Below, in pieces: positions 1 through 11,471 of a DNA stretch of 64,000 nucleotides; the stretch's first letter is position 1, and each line of letters opens with the position of its first letter. The notes below the pieces were generated by a model. It did no database searches and had not been told where the DNA came from. It worked only from the letters and a program-made list of their open reading frames with translations. Made by a program: the position numbers and the translations under genes. The DNA is from Squalus acanthias. Lineage: Eukaryota. Location: contig CM059431.1 of NCBI GenBank assembly GCA_030390025.1, positions 148,802,001 to 148,866,000 on the forward strand. The letters are read 5' to 3'.

Positions 1-240
1 ATTTTCAAAATCAGTGATTTTATTCCCATTTTATTATTTATATTTATTTGTTCTCAGGATATAGGTGACGCTGTCAAGGCCGGTATTACTTGCCAATTCC
101 CAGTTACCCATGATAAAATGGTGGGCCTTCATCTTGAACCGCTGCTGTCGGTGTGGTGAAGGTGCTCCCACAATACTATTACGGAAGGAATTTCAGGCTT
201 TTGACCCAATGACGATGAAGGAACGGCGATATATTTGAAG

Positions 241-650
241 GGTCGGTAGCATAGTGGTTATGTTGCTGGACTAGTAAACCAGATGCCTGAACGAATGATC
301 CTGAGTTCAAATCCCACAGCTGGGGAATTTAATTTCAAATAATTAAACAAATCTGGAATTCAAAATAACTGTCAGTAATTGTACCATGAAACTACCGGAT
401 TGTCGTAAAACACATCTGGTTCACTAATGTCCTTCAGGGAAGGAAATCTGCCGTCGTTACCCATTCTGGACGAAATGTGACTGCAAACTCACAGCAATGT
501 GGTTGACTATTAAGTATCCTCTGAAATGGCCTAGCAATCCACTCAGTTGTTTGAGCTGGCTCACCGCCACCTTCTCCAGGGCAATTAGGGATGGACAATA
601 AATGCTGGACATGCCTGCGACGTCCACATTCCAGGAATGAATAAATTAAT
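241..650 (+). mobile_element. tRNA-derived SINE
   Basis: A-box-like GGTAGCATAGTGG, B-box-like GAGTTCAAATCC, and core CTGGTTCACTAATGTCCTTCAGGGAAGGAAATCTGCC; related copies at ~10650, ~24900 (rc), ~31500 (rc) and ~58560. Confidence 0.7.
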
Positions 651-684
651 GATTTATAAAGGTTTAGAATGTTGTAACCATAAC

Positions 685-1232
685 AGCCATCTTTGTTCGG
701 GGCGCCAGAGCCGCTATCTTTGTAAGGAACGCTAGAGCCGCCATCTTTTTTAGGGGCGCCAGGACCGCTATTTTTGTGAGGGGCACCGGTGCCGCCATCT
801 TTTTTAGGGGAGCCACCATCGTTTTTCGGGAGCCCAGATCCGCCATCTTAGTTACGGGCGCCAGGGCCGGTATCTATTTTAGGGGCGCCAGAGCCGCCAT
901 CTTTGTGCGGGACACCGGAGCCGCCATCCTTGTTATGGGCGCCGGAGTAAGAATTTTTGTGCGTGAGAACCAAGCCGACATTTTTGGGCAATGCAACGGA
1001 GCCGCCATCATTGATCGGAACCCCGGGGGGTGCCTTGTTAGTGCTGGGCGTCGGGTCCGCCATATTTGCGTTGTGCGCCTGGGCCGCCATCATTGTGCGG
1101 AATGCCAGGGCCGCCAACTTTGTGCGGAGCGCCAGGGCCGCCATCTTTGTACTGTGCGCCGGGGCTGTCATCATTGTGCAGTGCGCCAGGGCCGCCAACT
1201 TTGTGCGGTGCGCCGGGGCCACCATCTTGATT
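685..1232. repeat. GC/CpG-rich 27-bp minisatellite (CCGCCATCTTTGTGCGGGGCGCCAGGG)n
   Basis: GCCATCT recurs every 27 bp; overlapping ORFs show 9-aa periodicity; paralog at 58995-59415. Confidence 0.9.
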
Positions 1233-1306
1233 ATGTGAATTTCGCCGCCGGCTCGCCGCAATATGAGGCCCAGGGAGCTCTGAGGCTACAAAGACTGCGC
1301 TTTACA

Positions 1307-2208
1307 TCATCCTTTAATGAATTTTACAATTAGAGAAAACGGATATTTCCCCACATTCTTCAACTGCTCTCTGAACTTGGTCTGGGTCACCGTGTAAATT
1401 CCAGTGTTTGTGCAGCAACTCAGCAGCTGCAGCATCAATCCAAATTCCTGTAAATAAAGAGGTGGACTTACAGACCGAAACTCCATATACCACATTCGGT
1501 TCCATATAGCAGACACCATAAACGCTGCCCATAACAGGATGAAGTTGCCCGAGATAACAAGAAGTAAAATTATGGATTTCCTGCGGCTCTCCATCTCTGG
1601 GTCTCTGGGACTCTCCCCACTGCTGGGACCCCGGAGTCTCCTGCGGGCTCTGCTGACCACTAAAATGTGTCTGACCGTGACAGCATTGAGCAGCAGAATC
1701 ACAAAAAATGGGACCCCCGGGGTGAGAATATAATGAAGGAACTCGATTGTTCCCCAGACCCTTGACATCCAAAAATTGATTGTTACATCACAAAACCAGG
1801 GGAGGTTCATAAGCTGATACCGATCTGTGAAAATAAAATACCAGAAAATGTTCTTTGAACCGCTCAGCACAGTCACTGTCCACAGAACCACAGCCGCCGT
1901 TTTCTCGGTGCAATAATGAGTTTTAAGCTTCTGGCGACAAATGGCCACAAATCGATCAAAGGTGAAAGTGACGGTGAACCATACAGAACAGTCTGTGGCT
2001 GCATAAAGCAGGACGGCATGGATATTACACACGGGGAGTGACAGTAAGAAAAGAAATTGTTCCTTATAAACAATTGGAATCTGCTTCAATATCAGGTCGA
2101 GGATAACGACCAGTAGATCCGCCGCTGCCATGGCCACCAGGTAGCGAGTGACACATTTAGAGAGACCGCACTTTCCCCGAGACAGGATCACAATCGTCAC
2201 TAAGTTCA
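1307..2208 (-). CDS. GPR139-like class A GPCR, terminal coding exon (end of TM1 to C-terminus), copy A
   Basis: VNLVTIVILS, MAAADLL (TM2), FTFDRFVAIC (DRY-like), QLLSCCTNTGIY (TM7); pyrimidine tract plus acceptor AG at 2210-2209, phase 1; frame open to stop at 1307. Confidence 0.9.
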
Positions 2209-3543
2209 CTGTGTGGAAGGGAAATAAACAGGGTAATTTTACATCAGGCTGGGAGGGGAAATAAACACGGAAATTATACATCAGGCTGGGAGAAAGAACA
2301 GCATTTTGATAGAATTCGGGGAGAAATCTGCAACTCATTAGCGACATTCAATGATATAATCTAATTCTATTACCGGTGGAGCTGAATGCAGGATTTATTG
2401 TAAGAATAATCGGGAATAGATTGTGGAATTCATAAATGAAACGGGGATAAATATAACATGAAAGTAACAGATGTTTGATCAATGAGAGATTAGATGATAG
2501 ATCTGCCTTTAGCCCAGCAGACAAAAGCTCCGCCCGAGGTACCAGGGACACAAAGGACCAGAACCTCTCAGGAAGCCTTCGTGTCCCGGGATCAGTCAGC
2601 ATTTGGAGCGGTGCAATTCGCTTCTGTGCCCTTGTGTTAGGGAGGGGAAATTCCCGCTTGAATTCTGGTCCTGGTTAGAATATACATTATATTTAGAACT
2701 GAAAATGAATGCAACGGCAAAGTACAGAACATCCAAACTGCGTGCAATAATTACTGGCAATTGTATTTAAAATGTACGGCTGTAATATGCAAATGTTAGA
2801 TAATAAATACAAGTGCACTGCAGTTATATAGATAACTGGGCTGTAAGAAGTTTTTGAAGTTTGAGCTTTCTACAGTTTTGTTGAAATACACAAATTGTGG
2901 CTCATTGAAAGGAAGATTTTCCAAATAACATTGCAAAGAATGGATTCTGAAATAAAATAAATTGTCATCATTCACCAGGCAATATTCCACTAAATAGACT
3001 TTTTAGTTTCATAAACAAGCGACTTATCCCACAGGCAATGAGCCGGCGAACGCTTTTGTAAAGTATCTGAAACACAAATGGAAAAGATTTATCCTGTTGT
3101 TTTCCAATTTGTGCACAGAATATTAGTCGAGAAAATGTGAAAGGTTTTTCTTATCCTCTGTACTTCAGTTACAATCAGCTGGGGTTGTTTATCGTGCAGT
3201 ACAGCAGGAGGCAATAGAGAATCAATCTGGGTCTCACTGAGAGATCCACTGAACTGTGTCAGGTGGGCATGCGATCCAATTGTAAATTCAAAACACAGAT
3301 TGGAAATAAACTCATTGAAATATGTCTGAGTTAACGCATTTTTGAGAATGTAATTTATCCTTGTAATCCTATTCTAACCATCAGAAGCAGTGCCGCTAAT
3401 GCAGAGCTGGAGATGGTGGGAAAGGAGACACTGACTGGAACTGAATGATACGCTGATATTTCAGACATTTAAAGATGTGGGTGTGATCTGCCAGGATGTG
3501 TTCCTGTCACTCTGTGTCAGTAACCATACCGAGCATTCGGTGA

Positions 3544-3673
3544 AAACAAAAGCAAATTACTGCGGATGCTGGAAATCTGAAATAAGAACAGAAAATGCTT
3601 TAAATACTCAGCAGATCAGGCAGCATCTGTGGAGAGAGATGAGAGTTAACGTTTCAGGTCGATGACCTTTCGT
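3544..3673 (-). mobile_element. Short Penelope-type terminal (pLTR) fragment with 10-bp TSD
   Basis: CATTCGGTGA flanks at 3534-3543 and 3674-3683; body matches the tail at 5180-5250 in reverse complement. Confidence 0.7.
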
Positions 3674-3904
3674 CATTCGGTGATAAGTCTCCTCAACCAA
3701 GACAACGTTCTTCTGATCTGTTACAAATGTTCAGTGTAGATAGCAAAACGAAATTCTTTAAGCATAGAGAGTGGTCCAATATCTTTTCTTGAGTTGAATA
3801 TTGAACAATTGAATCTAGGTAACACCGTATCAGCTTCAGAATCAATAGCTGACAGAAGTACGGATGCGATGGGGAATGACAAGGAGTGAAATACAGTTAA
3901 ACAT

Positions 3905-4170
3905 GATTTATAGAAATAATAGCTGGATACAGAGACTTAACAGGGACACCAACAGCAGCGAGGATGTGCAAGTCTTGTTTATGAACAACTTTAGCATCAA
4001 CAAAGATGCAACAACTTAAAACAGAGAATACCATTAATAACTGAGTATGGCATAGTAAATAGCAAGAATAATATTGCAGTGTAACATAGTTTATTGAATT
4101 AATAACTGGACATAGACACTTACTAGAAATAATAACAGCTGCGAGAAGGGGATAGTAAAGCTTTTGTAAA
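3905..4170 (-). pseudogene. Decayed 3' ends of GPCR exon 1 with splice donors
   Basis: Minus-strand reads ILAAVGVP-G|TTAAGT (~3940, donor mutated) and LQKLYYPLLAAVIIS-A|GTAAGT (exon end 4124), homologous to YYPLIAAFGVP-G|GTAAGT at 30760. Confidence 0.75.
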
Positions 4171-4174
4171 CTCT

Positions 4175-5250
4175 ACCCTCCCCTTTCAGCATTCCGAAGG
4201 AAACGCTCCCTCCACAACAAAGTGCTCCACTCCTCAGTCACTCACAACACCCCCTTTCCTCCCGACGGTACCTTCCCGTGCAAGTGCAGGAGATGCAACA
4301 CCTGTCGTTTGACCTCCTCCCTTCCCACTGTCCACGGCCCCAAACAATCCTTCCAGGTGAAAAAGCGATTTACTTGTACTTCTTGCAATATTGTATAAGG
4401 ACATAAGATCATAAGAAATAGGAGCAGGAGTAGGCCGTTTGACCCCTCGAGCCTGCTCCTCCATTTAATGAGATCATGGCTGATCTGATCTTGGGCTCAG
4501 CTGCATTTCCCTGCCCGCTCGCCATAACTATTCACTCCCTTATTGTTCAAAAATCTGACTATCTCCAACTTAAATATATTCAATTAATCAGCCTCCAAAG
4601 TTCTCTGGGGCAGATAGTTCCACAGATTCTAGACTATCTCAGTGAATAAATTCCTCCTCTTCTCAGTTTTAAATCGGCGACTGTATTCGCTGCTAACGAT
4701 GCGGTCTCCTCTACATTGGGGAGAACAAACGTAGATTGTGTGATCGGTTTGCGGAACACTTCTGTTCAGTCCGTAACCTTGACCCCGAGCTTCTGCACGC
4801 CTGTCACTTTAATTCGCTGGTCCCATCCCACTCTGACCTCTCTCTCCTCGGCTTCTTACAGTGTTCCAATGAAGCTCAATTTAAGCTCGAGGAACAGCAC
4901 TTCATCTTTCTATTCGGGACTTTACAGCCATCTGGACTCAACATTGAGTTCCGCAATTTCAGACCATAAACAAGGCCTCTATTATTTTCAGCAAGCAGCT
5001 GTTGATATTTCTCCCATCCCCATTTGCAACAATTAACCAACGTGCCTTCCACCCTATCACAGACCTTCCCTTTCGTTCCTTCCTCCTCTGCACCCTTTCA
5101 CTGCCCCTGCACCTGCTTTAAATCTGCTTCATCTCTAACTTTTTCGAGTTTTGCATAACTGTCACATAGCTGGGACGGTATTACTGTTTCTCTCTCCACG
5201 GATGCTGCCTGACATGCTGAGTGTTTTTTATACATTTTCTTTTGTTTTTC
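4175..5250 (+). mobile_element. Degenerate Penelope-like element 3' part (GIY-YIG), interrupted by a CR1 3' fragment at ~4398-4672
   Basis: GTFPCKCRRCNTC-like and LYIG...DRFAEHFCSV-like motifs; tail GATGCTGCCTGACATGCTGAGT; paralog at ~62425-63490. Confidence 0.8.
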
Positions 5251-5490
5251 CAAAGTACTCTTGTTAACTGCCACTGTTCAAGAATAATTTCCGTCGAGAT
5301 CCTCGAGCCCACAACATCCGTTTCTTGAGTGGCTGGTGTTCTTTGTGCTGGAGGGAACGCGCTGATTGTGTGAGGTCACACAGTGAAGGGAGCTCCTTAT
5401 TTAGAGCAGAGGGAAATCCCCGAGTGACATCATTAGGCCTCATTGTAATTGGCATTAATTATATTCATTGAACAAACAGTCTCATTGATC
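5250..5490 (-). promoter_or_regulatory. Putative promoter and 5' remnant of the proximal GPCR exon 1
   Basis: 5385-5485 resembles 31055-31160 upstream of the intact exon 1 (TATA-like TAAATAAGGAG vs TATTAATAAAGGA on minus strand; shared GAACAAACAG block); one frame reads IILEQWQLTRVLW up to the Penelope edge. Confidence 0.5.
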
Positions 5491-5589
5491 CATTGTCACC
5501 CCAACATTTCACTGCAACACAATCCAGCTCACATTATTATACACAGATTTAAATTAAAAGTGATCGTATGCATGACATTTCATCCTTCC

Positions 5590-5820
5590 TCAGTACAGGA
5601 ATTTAAATCCCAGGGCTGCCTATATTACACTGATCCCGCCTAATTCCTGGAGTTTCATTCCCACGGCTAGCAATATTACAATGCTCCCACCTCATAACAG
5701 GAATTTAATTCCTTGCGATGCCTAGATAACACTGCTACTGCTTCAGTACAGGAATTTCATTCCCAGGACTGCCAAGGGTACATGTTCCCGCCTTAGCCCA
5801 GCAAGTTGATTCCCAGGGCA
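5590..5820. repeat. 51-bp tandem repeat
   Basis: GGA(A/G)TTT at 5598, 5649, 5700, 5751; paralog at 63815-64000. Confidence 0.8.
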
Positions 5821-5927
5821 TTATGTTTGCCTGAATCTAGACCAAGAACGACAAGATAATTCTGATGATTGACCTCAACCAGCCAATCTGGTAATGTTGC
5901 TTTACAGAGGGGGAGAAAATAAAAAAA

Positions 5928-7570
5928 TAAGAACAGAAGAGCATGAGAAATAGGAGCAGCAGTAGGTTATTCGGTCCTTCGAGCCTGCTCCAGAGGTCAA
6001 TGAGATCATGGCCGATCTTCTGCCTCAACTGCATTCACCGGCCCTATCGCCATATCCCTTGATGCCTTTACTAGTCAGAAATCTATCGATTTCTGTGTTG
6101 AATATTCCCAATGACTGAATCTCCACAGCCCTCTGGGGTAGAGAATTCCAATGATTCACCATTCGCTGTGTGAAGAAGTGTCTTCTCATCTCAGTTCTGA
6201 ATGTCCTGCCCTTTATCCTGAGGCTGTGGCCCCTGGTTCTACACTCCCCAGCAGAGGGAAACATTCTCCCAGCATCCACCCTATCAAGCCCTGTAACAAT
6301 TTTGTATGCTTCAATGAGATCTCCTCTTATTCTTATGAATTCAAGTGAATAAAGGTGTAGTTTACTCAATCTCTTCTCATACGACAGTCCCGCCATCCCA
6401 GGAATCAATCTCGTGAACCTTCATTGTACTCCCTCTGTGGCAATTATATCCTTCCTTAGGTAAGAAGACCAAAATTGTACACAGTACTCCTGTTGTGGTC
6501 TCACCAAGGCCCTATATAATTGGAGTAAGACTTCTTTACTCCTGTACTCAAATCGTCTAGTAATGAAGTCCAGTATACCACTTGTCTTCCTATTGGCTTG
6601 CTGCACCTGCACATTCACTTTAAGTGTCTCATGTACAAGAACACCCTCGTCTCTTTGAGCATCTGCATTCCCCAACCATTCACCATTTAGGAAATACTCT
6701 GCCTTACTGCTTTTTTCTGCCACGGTGGACATTATATTCCATCTGCCATGTTCTCGCCCACTCACTAAGCCTGTCGAGGTCCCTGTGAAGCCTCATCACA
6801 TCCTCTTCACAACTGATATTGCCACCTAGCTTTGAATCGTCAGCAAATTTGGAAATGTTACATTTGCTCCCCTCATCCAAATCATTGATATAGATTGTGA
6901 ATAGCTGGGGCCCAAGCACCGATCATTGCGGTAACCCTATAGTCACAGCCTGCCATCCTGAAAAAGACCCGTTTATCCCTACTCTTTGTTTTCTCTCTGT
7001 TAACCAATTCTCCATCCATGCTAGTATATTAACACCAACTCCATGTGCCACAATTTTGTTCACCAAGCTCTTTTGTGGGACCTTATCGAAGGCCTTCTGA
7101 AAATCCAGATACACCACATCTACCGTTTCCCCTTTGTCTACTCCACTAGTTACATCCTCAAAAACTCCAGTAGGTTTGTCAAACAGAACTTCCCTTTCAT
7201 AAATCCATGCTGACTCTGCCCATTCGCACTATTAGTTTCTAAGTGCCCAGTTATTGCATCCTTTATAATAAATTCCAGCATTTTCACAACTACTGATGTG
7301 AGGCTAACAGGTCTGTCAGTCCCCGTTTTCTCACTTACTCCTTTCTTAAATACCGGGGATACATTTGCTATCCTTCAATCTGCAGGATCCGTTGCAGAAT
7401 CTATAGAATTCTGGAAGATGACAACCAATACATCAACTATCCCAATGACCACCTCTTTCAAAATCCTAGGATGGAGGTCATCCGGTTCTTGGGATTTATC
7501 GACTTTTAGTCCCATTAATCTTGCTAGTACTGTTTTTTTTTACTATTAATAATTTCTTTAAGTTCCTCAA
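5928..7570 (-). mobile_element. 5'-truncated degenerate CR1 LINE (RT and 3' end)
   Basis: YLDFQKAFDKVP, KFADDSKLGG, HFFTQRMVNHWNSLP fragments; CR1 3' UTR at ~5930-6020. Confidence 0.9.
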
Positions 7571-7659
7571 AAAATAAAACAAGAAAAGGTTTGACACCAA
7601 GGAATCAAAAAAAAACGATTAACATAAGAAGCAATGAGAAAAATAGCCTGTAACCGTCT

Positions 7660-7960
7660 TAATACTCCTTGAAACGCTCTGCAAACATTGCAATCTCGCA
7701 CAATCATAGTCATAGAACCATACCTAGCATTCAACACTGCCGACTCCTCCATCCCCATCTCAGGGTATATATGCTGTTGCACCAGCAGGACAGACTCACC
7801 AGATTCGGGGGAACAGGGATATACAGTCGGCTGGGAGGGATCCTGCGAGTCCTCAACATTGCCTAAGTACATAATGACGTCCCATGTCTTCCAGTCAGAC
7901 ATGGGCAAGGTAACTTCCTGCTGATTACCACCCACCACCCTCATTCTGCTCATGAATCAG
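7660..7960 (+). mobile_element. LINE endonuclease fragment (second family)
   Basis: IIVIEPYL...SSIPISGY resembles the N-terminus of an AP endonuclease. Confidence 0.5.
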
Positions 7961-8104
7961 CACATCTTCAGTCAACCGATCAGATTATTTCAAAGCAGTC
8001 AGATCCTTTCGTGAATGGTAGTAAACAATTAAGCTGTTTCCACATAGTCCTGACAAATTCTCCTTCACAAGTATATATCGAATTACCTTTTGAAAGTTCC
8101 TATT

Positions 8105-8990
8105 AATAAAGAAAGACTTGCATTTATAGAGCGCCTTTCACGACTTTGGGATGTCCCAAAGCACTTCACAGCTAAAGAAGTACTTTTGAAGTGAAGTCAG
8201 TGTTGTACTATAGGAAACACGGCAGCCAGTTTGTGCACACCAAGTTCCCATGTACAGCATTGCAACAACGACAGGTCATCTGGTTAAGTGATGTTGATTG
8301 AGATAAATATTGGCCAGAACACTCCGGATACCTCCGCTGCTCTTCTTCATATGGTGCCATGGGATCATCTACATCCAGGTGAGAGAGTAGACATGGCTTT
8401 GTTTTAAGGTCGCATCCGAAAGACGGCCCCTCCGACAAGACATTACTCCCTCAGTACAGCACCTCCGACAGTGCAGCCCTCCCTCAATACCGCCCCTCTG
8501 ACAATGCAGCGCACCCTCAGTACTGCCTCTTCAACAGTAGAGCGCTCCCTCAGTAAATGCCACTCTGACAGTGCAGAACTCCCTCAGTATTGTCACTCCG
8601 TCAATGCAGTACTACCTCAGTACTGCCCCTCCAACATTGCAGCGCTAGCTCAGTACCGAAGCTCCAACAGGGCAGCTCTCCCTCCGTACTGCCCCGTGGA
8701 CTGTGCAGCTCTCTCTCAGTACTGACCCTCCGTCATTGCAGCGCTCCCTCTGTACTGCCCCTCCGACAATGCAGCGCTCGCTCAGTACTGACCCTCCGAC
8801 AGTGCAGCTCTCCCTCAGTACTGAATTTCCGACAGTTCACCGCGCCCTTCGTACGGACCCTCTGACAGTGCAGTGCTTCCTAAGTACTGCACTGGAGTTT
8901 CAGTTCAGATTTTTGTACTCACGTCACTGGAATGGGATTTGAACCTATAACCTTATGATTTAGAGGCGAGTTTGCTGCAAACTGAAACTA
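8105..8990 (-). mobile_element. DeuSINE/SacSINE1-like SINE with an internal 33-bp tandem expansion (~8430-8890)
   Basis: tRNA-like head in rc at ~8930-8990; body GGGATC...CATCCGAAAGACGG; ~14 copies of CCGACAGTGCAGCGCTCCCTCAGTACTGCCCCT. Confidence 0.7.
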
Positions 8991-9219
8991 TTGAATCTGC
9001 TTCCACCAGCATTTCAATGAGTCCATTCCAAATTATCTGATTGCGTGATCAAGTTTCGTCCATTGGGTAATGACAAGCCAGCCAGTGGAAACAGATTCTC
9101 CGTACTTACTGTAGCAAATCCATCAACATTTTGAACACTTCTATTCATTATCCCCCTAGACTTATCTGCTCTATGGCGAAGAATCCCTGCTTCTCCAGTC
9201 TCTCCACAGAACTGAAGTT

Positions 9220-10325
9220 GGATTCAAAACTGGCTCGGAGACAGGAAGCAGAGGGTCATGGTTGATGGGTGTTTCTGTGACTGGAAGGCTGCTTCCAGTG
9301 GGGTTCCGCAGTGCTCAGTACTAGGTCCCTTGCGTGTTGTGGTATATATCAATGATCTAGACATGAATATAGGGGGTATGATTATGAAGTTTGGAGATGA
9401 TTCTAAAATCGGATGTGTGGTTGATACTGAAGAAGGAAGCTGTAGACTGCAGGAAGATATCAATAAATTGATCAGGTGGGCAGAACGGTGGCAAATGGAA
9501 TTCAATCCGGAGAAGTGTGAGGTAATGCATTTGGGTAGTGCTAAAAAGGAAAAGGAATACACATTAAATGGTGGGACACTGAGTAGCGTGGAGGAACAAA
9601 GGGATCTTGGAGTGCATGTCATCAGATCCCTGAAGGTAGCAGGCCAAGTAGATAAGGTGGTTAAGAAGGCTCACGGAAAGCTTGCCTTTATTAGCCGTGG
9701 CATAGCATACCATGCAGGGGGGTTATGCTTCAACGGTATAAAACACTAGTAAGGCCTCAGCTCGAATACTGCGTGCAGTTCTGGTCACCACATTACAGGA
9801 AAGATTTGATTGCACTAGAGAGGGTACAGAGGCGATTTACAAGGATGTTGCCGGGAGTAGAGAATCTTAGCTATGAGGAAAGATTGGATAGGTTGTGTCT
9901 GTGTTCCTTTGAACAGGGGAGTCTGAGGGGAGACCTTATTGAGGTGTATAAAATTATGAGTGGCATAGATAAAGTGGATACAGAGGACCTTTTTCCCTCA
10001 GCAGAGGTGTCAGAAACCAGGGGGCACAGATTTAAAGTAATTGGTGGAATGTTTAGAGGGGATTTGAGGAGAAATATCTTCACCAAGAGGATTGTGGGGG
10101 TCTGGAAATCACTTTCTGAAAGGGTGGTAGAGGCAGGAAGCCTAACCCCATTTACAAAGTACTTGGATGTGCACTTGGGATGCGCTAACCTGCAGGGATA
10201 CGGACCAAGATCTGGGAGATGGGATTGGGCTGGATAGCTCTTTGTTGGCCGGCGCGGGCAAGATGGGCCGAAATGGCCTCCATTCGTGCTGTAACTTTCT
10301 ATGATTCTATGATTCTATGATTCTG
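9220..10325 (+). mobile_element. CR1 LINE 3' fragment
   Basis: SGVPQ, FNPEKCEVMH, RPQLEYCVQFWSP; (ATTCTATG)n tail at ~10298-10325. Confidence 0.9.
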
Positions 10326-10369
10326 TGAACTGAAATTCCTCACCCCTGGTGTCATTAATGATAAATTAT

Positions 10370-11080
10370 CTCCACACAAGCGCCAGACGATTACCGCCTC
10401 CAAAAAGAGATAGTCTAACCTTGACAGTCATTGGCATTACAAACACCGAATCCTCCACCATCAAAATCCTACGGGTCGCTATTGATCAGAAAATCAACAG
10501 GACCAACCACTTAAATGCCGTGGCTACTACAGCAGGTCAGATGCTGGGTATTCTGCGGCGAGTAACTCAACTCCTGACTCCCGAAAGCATCTCCAACAAC
10601 TAGAAGCCAAGAGTGTTATGGATTATTATATGTAAACACCGAATAGATTAGTATGGTGGTTATGTTATTGCATTAGTAATCCAGAGATCTGGATTTTTAA
10701 ACTGTTGAGACTTGAGTCAAAATCCCACGAGGACAGCTGGGGATTTTAAATTCAGTTAATAAATACATTAGCAATTAAAAATCTAGCATCAGTAATGGAG
10801 ATTATGAATCTACAACACTGTCAGAAAAATCCAACTTTTTCGATTATGTCCTTTAAGGATAGAAATCTGCCATGCTTAACTGAGCTACCCGTATGTGGTT
10901 GACTCTTAAATGCCCTCTGAATTGGGCAAGCAAGACACTCAGTTGTACCAAAGTCAGACATGAGGGAGAACTTTCACCACAAGGACTGCAGTGGTTCAAG
11001 GCAGTGTTTCAGCACCACCTTCTGAAGGGCGATTAGGGATTGGTTGGATTTGCAAGCGATACCCACACTCCATGAATTAA
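10370..11080 (+). mobile_element. LINE RT C-terminal fragment followed by a decayed tRNA SINE
   Basis: IDQKINRTNHLNAVATTAGQMLGILRR matches the LINE at 41490-42450; 10650-11080 resembles 241-650. Confidence 0.6.
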
Positions 11081-11471
11081 AATATTCAAACTAAGTCTGC
11101 AAAATAAGCAGGTTCTAAGGGGTCATATTCAGGACAAGATTAGAATTTGAGAACGAACATTAATGGTTTTATCTTATGTAAGGACAGATATGGGGGCCTA
11201 GAATTTCTGATCCGAAACGATCTGTTTTGTGCCGTCGTCCGAGAAGGAATTTCTAGTCACTTATGGTTTCACCATTCTTCTCTTTGAAAAGCCTGTGTAA
11301 CTGGCCCTATCTCTTTAAAAAGCCTTCATGACTGGTCATGTCTCTTTAAAAAGCCTGTGTGACTGATAATGTCTCTTTTAAAAGCCTGTGTGACTGATCC
11401 TGTCTGTTTAAAAAGCCTGCGTGACTGGTCAGGTCTGTTTAAAATGCCTGTGTGTCTGGTCGTGTCTCTTT

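Noticed and set aside
241..320. tRNA gene
   Set aside because: A/B boxes belong to a SINE head; no cloverleaf
664..1333. Overlapping ORFs of 60-185 aa
   Set aside because: Translations of the 27-bp minisatellite; 9-aa periodic, open in several frames
2209..2347. N-terminal 46 aa of the 346-aa GPCR ORF (same for 60415-60553)
   Set aside because: Intronic read-through upstream of the splice acceptor; contains a 38-bp tandem duplication and no TM1
2348..3530. Small ORFs and exon-like segments in the GPCR intron, conserved in copy B
   Set aside because: Conservation is explained by the recent duplication; no recognisable protein motif or clean donor/acceptor pair
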